A stretch of DNA of 64,000 nt from Nemertoderma westbladi (Eukaryota > Animalia > Xenacoelomorpha), in assembly GCA_032718475.1 (NCBI GenBank), contig JAUCBJ010002263.1, positions 28,565 to 92,564 on the forward strand. Direction: 5' to 3'. The translations under genes and the position numbers were made by a program. Of the stretch, positions 57,981 to 64,000 are shown one piece after another. How positions within the stretch are numbered: position 1 is the first letter of the stretch; each line of letters begins with the position of its first letter. Under the pieces are notes generated by a model. The model was not told where the DNA came from, did no database searches, and was given only the letters and a program-made list of their open reading frames with translations.

Positions 57981-60900
57981 TTAAATCCTAGTAGGGGGGA
58001 TTACTACTCGTTTCGCCGGTCTAACAAGCTTAGTGCTATAGTGCCCGTATGGTTTGCTGCTATATTTACTACTCCAATATGATTTCGTATCCCAGAGCGC
58101 TAGTGTCTTCTTATAGACATGACCAGTAAAAATTTGATGCTTTCTAGAAGTGAAGGTAGAGTTATAGCGGAAGAGCATTGCCTCATTTTCAAAACAGTCT
58201 GCATAATCCTCGTGTGTTAGTTGCTTAGCGACAACCGATCTAGATACACCTTTGGCGGTTTTCTTGATTGGGGCATTGTAGGACTGAAAACTGTAGACCT
58301 TTGGTTTAAGGAAAACCCACTGTTTATACTGCAAACCGCAGCTCTCATCTTTTATGAAGCCGAGAGCCGCTTTGTGTTTAATGGTATAGAGTGGATGTGT
58401 TGTACTGTAGTTGGAAGTATCTAGGAAACCACCCTCAAACATTGCCCGTAGAAAGGTTAGCTGTGGTGTATTAGTTACGCTTAGCATTAGAGAATCCGTG
58501 TCACCGGCTAGACTCTAGAGGCTTCAGTTTGTTGTAAAATAGGTCGTACATCTGTAGCTTAGATAGATCTAGTATAGTGCAACCGATGAACACGCCCTGA
58601 TTTAGGCAAACAGCCTCTTTAGTGAAAGTATGCCCACTCAAGTTGGGGGTAAAGACAACAAACGATTCGTGATTGGGCTTGGCTAAGAGCAAATCGCATT
58701 GTTCGTCGCTATTGCATAACCTGAAAGAAACGCGGTCTCTAACCTTTTGGAGGCATTTCCCATACAAGGCATTGTTCATTAACTTATAAAATAGGACCTC
58801 GAATGGGTTATTTGCCGACTGTCTTTTATTCGTATTAAAACTAATGTAGTCCTTGAAAATATATTTTTGTGAGAAAGAGTAGACCCTGTGAACTTGTGTA
58901 AGTTTAAGACCGAGCTTCAAATAGAGTTGAAGTAGCTTAATATGGATACCGTATTCAACCTTATTAAACTGATGTAGTAGTAGCTTAGTACAGGTATCGT
59001 TGTATGGTCTACAGGTAGCCGTATCAGTGAGATTGTAATGCTCCCAAAGATCTTCCATGTATTCGCTAAGAAAGGATTTAGGGACTGACATCTTCTCCAC
59101 TCCTAGAGGCAGATCGGCGGTCAAATCGTGAATTTCTTTCGGGTAATGTAGATCAACTATGCAATAATAACCAGTGTCCCCACTCGCGTCTACTGTAGCT
59201 AGGTCTATGGGGGTAGTTACGAGTTTAATATTAGCGTAGGGAAGTTTCTGGCTCAGGGCGCATCAATAGGTATTAGATATTTCTTGGGGAGACTGGAGTC
59301 GTAATCAGGTTTATCGGGAATATTTGCGTCTACGGAATGTGTATTCAAGAAAACTAGACCACCCCTAATATTTGTTTCAAAGTCCGAGTAGATGGAAGCG
59401 TCTGATAGTAATTGAATTTCTGATTGCATGAATTTCAGCGCCGCGTCGTAAGTTAATCCCGGGGCAGTGAAGTACATTACGGGCTCGAGTCCATAATTAG
59501 TAAGACAAAGGGATCGGAACTGCTCGAAAGTATCAGCCAATAGGGTGACGTCTAGAACCAAATATCCAATCATATAGTCGAAGATTGTTGCGCAGTTTAA
59601 TTCATCCCAAGTAGTAAGCGCGCGCTGATAGTTGTCTGCGCTACATTGTTCCAATTTGAGATCATTATAGAAGCTTTCTATTGGGGGGAGTGTAGTTTCG
59701 TGTAGGTTTGAAATATTTTGAATATAGGAATATGGGAATACGCCCTTGTTTTTTATTGTGTTATCGCTAATGTTGGGATAGAGTTGGGTCATTTGAGCTA
59801 GTATATGGGGTATGGCTGTTGCTAGGTTACTATTATTTTTAGTGAGATAACTACTAAGATTATCTAGGCTGGCAGTCATAAATTGATAGGAATCTAGAAA
59901 ATTAATGGAGATACTTTCTTTAGCATTGGCTGTTGGTGTACTCGGATCGATTAGAAAGCTAACTTTAAGGTGAATATAAGTTTCAGTGTTTTTTGGTATT
60001 ACAGTCATTTTCCAGTGTGTTCTAGAACTATCGCTCATTCCTTCTTTTAGTAGTAAATGCATATCGAATTTCCTCAAGTTATGAAATATAATATAAAAAT
60101 TATTCCGTTTTAGGGAAAGTTTCCTGTTGCAGCTGACGCAAGAAGCCCCTCGATACTCCCCGCTATAATGATCATGATCGCGGACTTTGGTGCTGAGATT
60201 GTCATTGAGGTTTAAATTATGAGAATCGGGGGTTAAATTACAGTTGCAGATGTAGCATTGTGTAGCGTTATTAAAGTCAGTTTGTTGGCTAGTAGTGAGT
60301 TGCATGGGGGCGTGCGTGTTTGTACTAGAAATGGACCAATCGTATAACTCCCTACAATGACTTTCCATAGCGGTTAGAAAGTCGCGCATTACGTGGTTAC
60401 TGCCATCGTGGCGGAAAATTTGAACATCTGTTTTAGGAGGGTTAATTAATTTCTGATTTGGTACTGTATAAAAGGCTGCCGCGCTAGCTATATGTTTCTG
60501 TGGGAGTTTAATATTGTTTGTAGGTTCTAGAATAGTTTCAATGTCGGCGTATATACAGAAAGGTGGGGATAGAGTCTTATTGTACCTATCAAATTTAACC
60601 AAGAGATTTTCGGGCATATACTCGAGTTGGCGTTTACCCGTATAGCAACGCTCTCGATGCTCTTCCAATGATTTGTCAGTGTAAAAGGCTCTGAGACAGC
60701 GTTCGCAGTGCGTCTTGTTGCCTTTAGAAGTAGCTTTTGTATTTATTAGTCTATCTATGTTAGTAATAGCTACGTAGTGGGTGGGGTTTTTGCTTGTGGC
60801 TCCGATAAATAATAAGTTTAATACAGTTTTACCGGAACAGTGCGCGCTATCTGGTTGACTTAGAATGGAGAGTTCTTCCGTATTACTCCAATAAAGAAGG

Positions 60901-61997
60901 TTTATACAATATATAGGGTTTGCTTTCAGAAACTGGGGAATACCAGTTACTCTGTCCACTGGAAAACTTAAATTGGAAAAATCAAACATGTTTAGGAAAG
61001 GAGTAAACGTTGAAATTCTACTAATATTATTTTGTTTTCTATCAATTTTCTTATAATTTGCAGCGGCCAATACTGCGTATTTAAAGCATTCCCCCAGCGG
61101 GCAGTCTACGCTTACGGTACATTTTTTATTTAATAATAATTTAGAATTATTGAAGCCTTGACCCTTTAAATAGGGGTTGCGTTGGGACCGCGCAATCTCA
61201 ATAGTTATTCGCTCGATGGCTATTATGCGCCAACCCGAGCCGAGGCAGAGAAACACGCTTAACAGTTGATCGATACGATTGACGGCGCTAGAAAACCAGT
61301 TAATAAAGTCGCTATTATTTAGAATTTGATTATTGTTACCGCTAGATTTAAAACAGAATGATTCAATTTGAAAACCCTCGCTGGTTTCACACTCCATTAC
61401 GATATTGATTGTAAGCCAGACTCTTAAAAAAGTTCCTAAAGCACTATGTAAATGGCTACTAACATGTTCTTGAATATGTGGAAAATTTTCATTTAATGTT
61501 AATTCAGCGTCGAGTCTTCTTTCTGCGAGGTCATTGTTATAAGTAAACAGTCGTCCGTGTGCACTTCCGTTGGAGGGAGGTTGAAAGGGATTGTTTGGGG
61601 AAATAGAGTTATAATCTCGCGAAGTTGAAGGTTCATTATTGGAGCCACCGCCGCCGACTTGTTCTGGAGTAGAGTTGATGGAGGATGAGTGGGAGGTAGG
61701 CCGAGTTTTGCATTTCTGCGAAAAAAGTCGAGTGTAGCATTCATGCTCAGTGAAGGATGATAGGGTGAGCGAATCCCCGCAGCGGCAATCGGCTGGCTCG
61801 TTTACGTAAGTAAATCCTGTTCCCCCCTGAGGACACGAAACAAGATGGCCAACCAGCGTCTTCTTTTCCGAGGACCAAGTCGAACAACAGTCGCATCTAT
61901 ATTGCGCGAAATGAATTTTAATATGGCGGGATAAAGTATCGCTCCGCATCTCTTTGTCGCAGATGGGGCAGCTGACTTTATTTGTTGATCTTGGCAT
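57981..61997 (-). pseudogene. Protein-primed family B DNA polymerase with N-terminal Zn fingers and EndoVII-like insert; two frameshifting deletions
   Basis: YADIE, KVRDHDHYSGEYRG..C..CN, FHNLRKFD, FLDS, KGVFPY, KLMNNALYGK, GDTDS, KPKVY..AKGV. Breaks near 59255 and 58505. Confidence 0.93.
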
Positions 61998-63595
61998 CTT
62001 GAATCTAGAAAAATACGTTGATTATTTGTAAAAAGATAAAAAATACTGTATACTTGCTAAAAATAAAGTAAAACAGTAGGTATTAATCGGTTACTAGGCA
62101 ACAATACTGTGTTTGTATAGTTAGGCCTATTGCTGTATTGTAGCAATCAGTCAGTGAAACATAAAGCAGACAGTCAGCAGTGTCTAGTGTGGTAGTGTTA
62201 GTGTACCAGCAGTCAGATAGTGGCGATAACCAAGACACAATAGCGATGGCAGTTATTATTCGTGGAAAGAGGGTCTATAAACAGCAGTCAACAGTCAGTA
62301 GTGCGTGCTAGTGATATAGTCTGCTAGAAGTCCGACGTAGCGTTAACCAATACAAATCAACGATAGGCCTAGCTAATCGCTGTGTGAGATCTCAGTTAGT
62401 CAGTATGATATATAGTGAAAACTGCAGTATTCATTGTTGTTCAGTAGGGTCTATATCGCTACTATGATGGCATTAGGCTAACTCGAATGATCCGATACCG
62501 GTAGTCAGGTAGACAAGCAGATAGACAGATGTAGGCCTATTGATCGAATGCCTCGATCACGGTTTAGGCTATCGGTACCACCGCAGTCTGACAGTAATTA
62601 ATAATGAGCCTACTGCAATACTGTTGTACCGGTAGACATTAAATGTAAATTGTTTGCTACCGGCATCGATAGTACCATCAGATGGTGGAAGGCAGATTTT
62701 ACTTACGGTGTTAGTAAATATTCACGGAAGATTAAGTTTGGAAGTTCGTTGGCGACAAGAAGTTGGTTGACGTGGACGACGAGAGAGTTTATTAACCGAT
62801 AGAACGGAATGGTATCGGAAATTAGGTTGGAAAATATTACGCGGTTGTATGTCGGCTACGCGGAAAGTTCGGTGTCGACAATGAGCGTTAACGCGGCGAA
62901 ATGACAATAATACAACTCTACAAGTGGATTGTTGACTGATGATAACAAATAAATATTCTTAATAAATAATATTAAACTCGAAAACAAAATAATGGTAAAT
63001 GATGTTAATCGTAACTTGCAAATGAAATAATGATGTAATATATTGGTGGGGACTTATTAAATAGCAATTCGGTTATTAAGGGGCCCTTGTCTCTTAAATG
63101 AGCCAATCAGGGCGCAGCACCAATCGGATGGCTGGCTAATTGTGTGTTCATGCATAAGCGGTTACCAGGGCAACTTCTCATGATGAAAAATCTATATTAG
63201 AAACTCCTGTAGGCATCTTGACTAATTATGTTGAGTTGACTGTATAACAGAAGCAGGTCTGGTGCAAAGGAATGGGATTAGTAGAGAGGAATGCATGTTT
63301 AGAGGCGCTTCATTGTTATGATACGGGCTGCTTGGATATAGGAAAGGGACAAAGCGATGCCGGCTATAGTGAGAACAAAGGAGGGCCGCTGGAACATTAG
63401 CCTTGGGCGATATATGGATTTGGTGAAGTCAAGGCCGCGTTGGGATTATTAGTGAGTCATCAAAGGGGCTGCTAACAGCCGGGACCGGTGATTTATATTT
63501 GCCTTGGGGGTATACGTGTAGATTCAATGCGTGTCGTATCTACTTAATGAATAATGAGGGCAGAGGAGGGGCCCCCCGCCGATGAACGTAGTTGA

Positions 63596-64000
63596 TAGTT
63601 GCCAGTAGGGAGCCGTATACCATAGCCATTATAAAGATAAATATAGACATTATGTCATAGTGATGTCATTGGTAATATAAAAACTAATTAATCTAAAATA
63701 GAAATCAATGTATAAAGTAAAAGTAATACAATTAATTAATTTAAAATAAAGTACAAATGAATAAATAATTTAGAATTAAATACGAATAAAATAAAATGCA
63801 AATAATTAATTAAAATTAAATATAAATAAATAAGTATTAATGAATAAAAGAGCTGCGGTGTCACTTATGACACCCTCTTGCGCCGGCTCTGCGACACTTG
63901 GACAACACTGATGCCCCATTGTGTGTCAGGGCGCTAATCAGTCTGATTAATTAGGATAATCAATTAAACCCTAATTAGGAGTCATATGACACCTGTTAGG
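63596..64000 (-). repeat. Right terminal inverted repeat of Polinton (partial)
   Basis: Reverse complement aligns to 49428-49790 with mismatches and indels. Confidence 0.82.

Larger units (their letters stand above)
49296..64000 (-). mobile_element. Polinton/Maverick (adintovirus-type endogenous virus), degenerate; right end just outside window
   Basis: Starts AGTAGT; inverted repeats 49296-49790 and 63596->64000; pPolB, packaging ATPase, rve integrase, pentons, major capsid, cysteine protease. Confidence 0.93.

Overview
Animal (invertebrate-like) repeat-rich genomic DNA. Left two-thirds: two related, recently inserted BEL/Pao LTR retrotransposons with long LTRs (~1.9-2.1 kb). They sit head-to-head 80 bp apart inside a 20/21-bp TCTCGCGAG satellite. 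Element 1 is on the minus strand (<1-23544) and is interrupted by a 4.4-kb CRE/R2-superfamily non-LTR retrotransposon. Element 2 is on the plus strand (23625-40279, TSD TTTAT). The BEL elements share unusual traits. There is no tRNA primer-binding site; an LTR-internal complement of the PBS position suggests self-priming. Element 2 has TA termini. Each U3 holds a tRNA-like Pol III A/B-box unit and a heat-shock element. Each element carries 12 copies of a 20-nt hairpin, read in all three frames. Each has an env-position accessory region behind a conserved splice acceptor, encoding CCHC knuckles plus an RG/RS tail and, in element 1, a DEDD-type 3'-5' exonuclease. Right third: 5.8 kb of the satellite with a truncated RTE LINE, the last coding exon of an importin-alpha-3/4 gene, and a degenerate Polinton/adintovirus (49296 to >64000) upstream of that exon. 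The Polinton carries a TBP-like ORF next to an array of ten tRNA T-arm/B-box motifs. All protein calls are by motif recognition, not database search.
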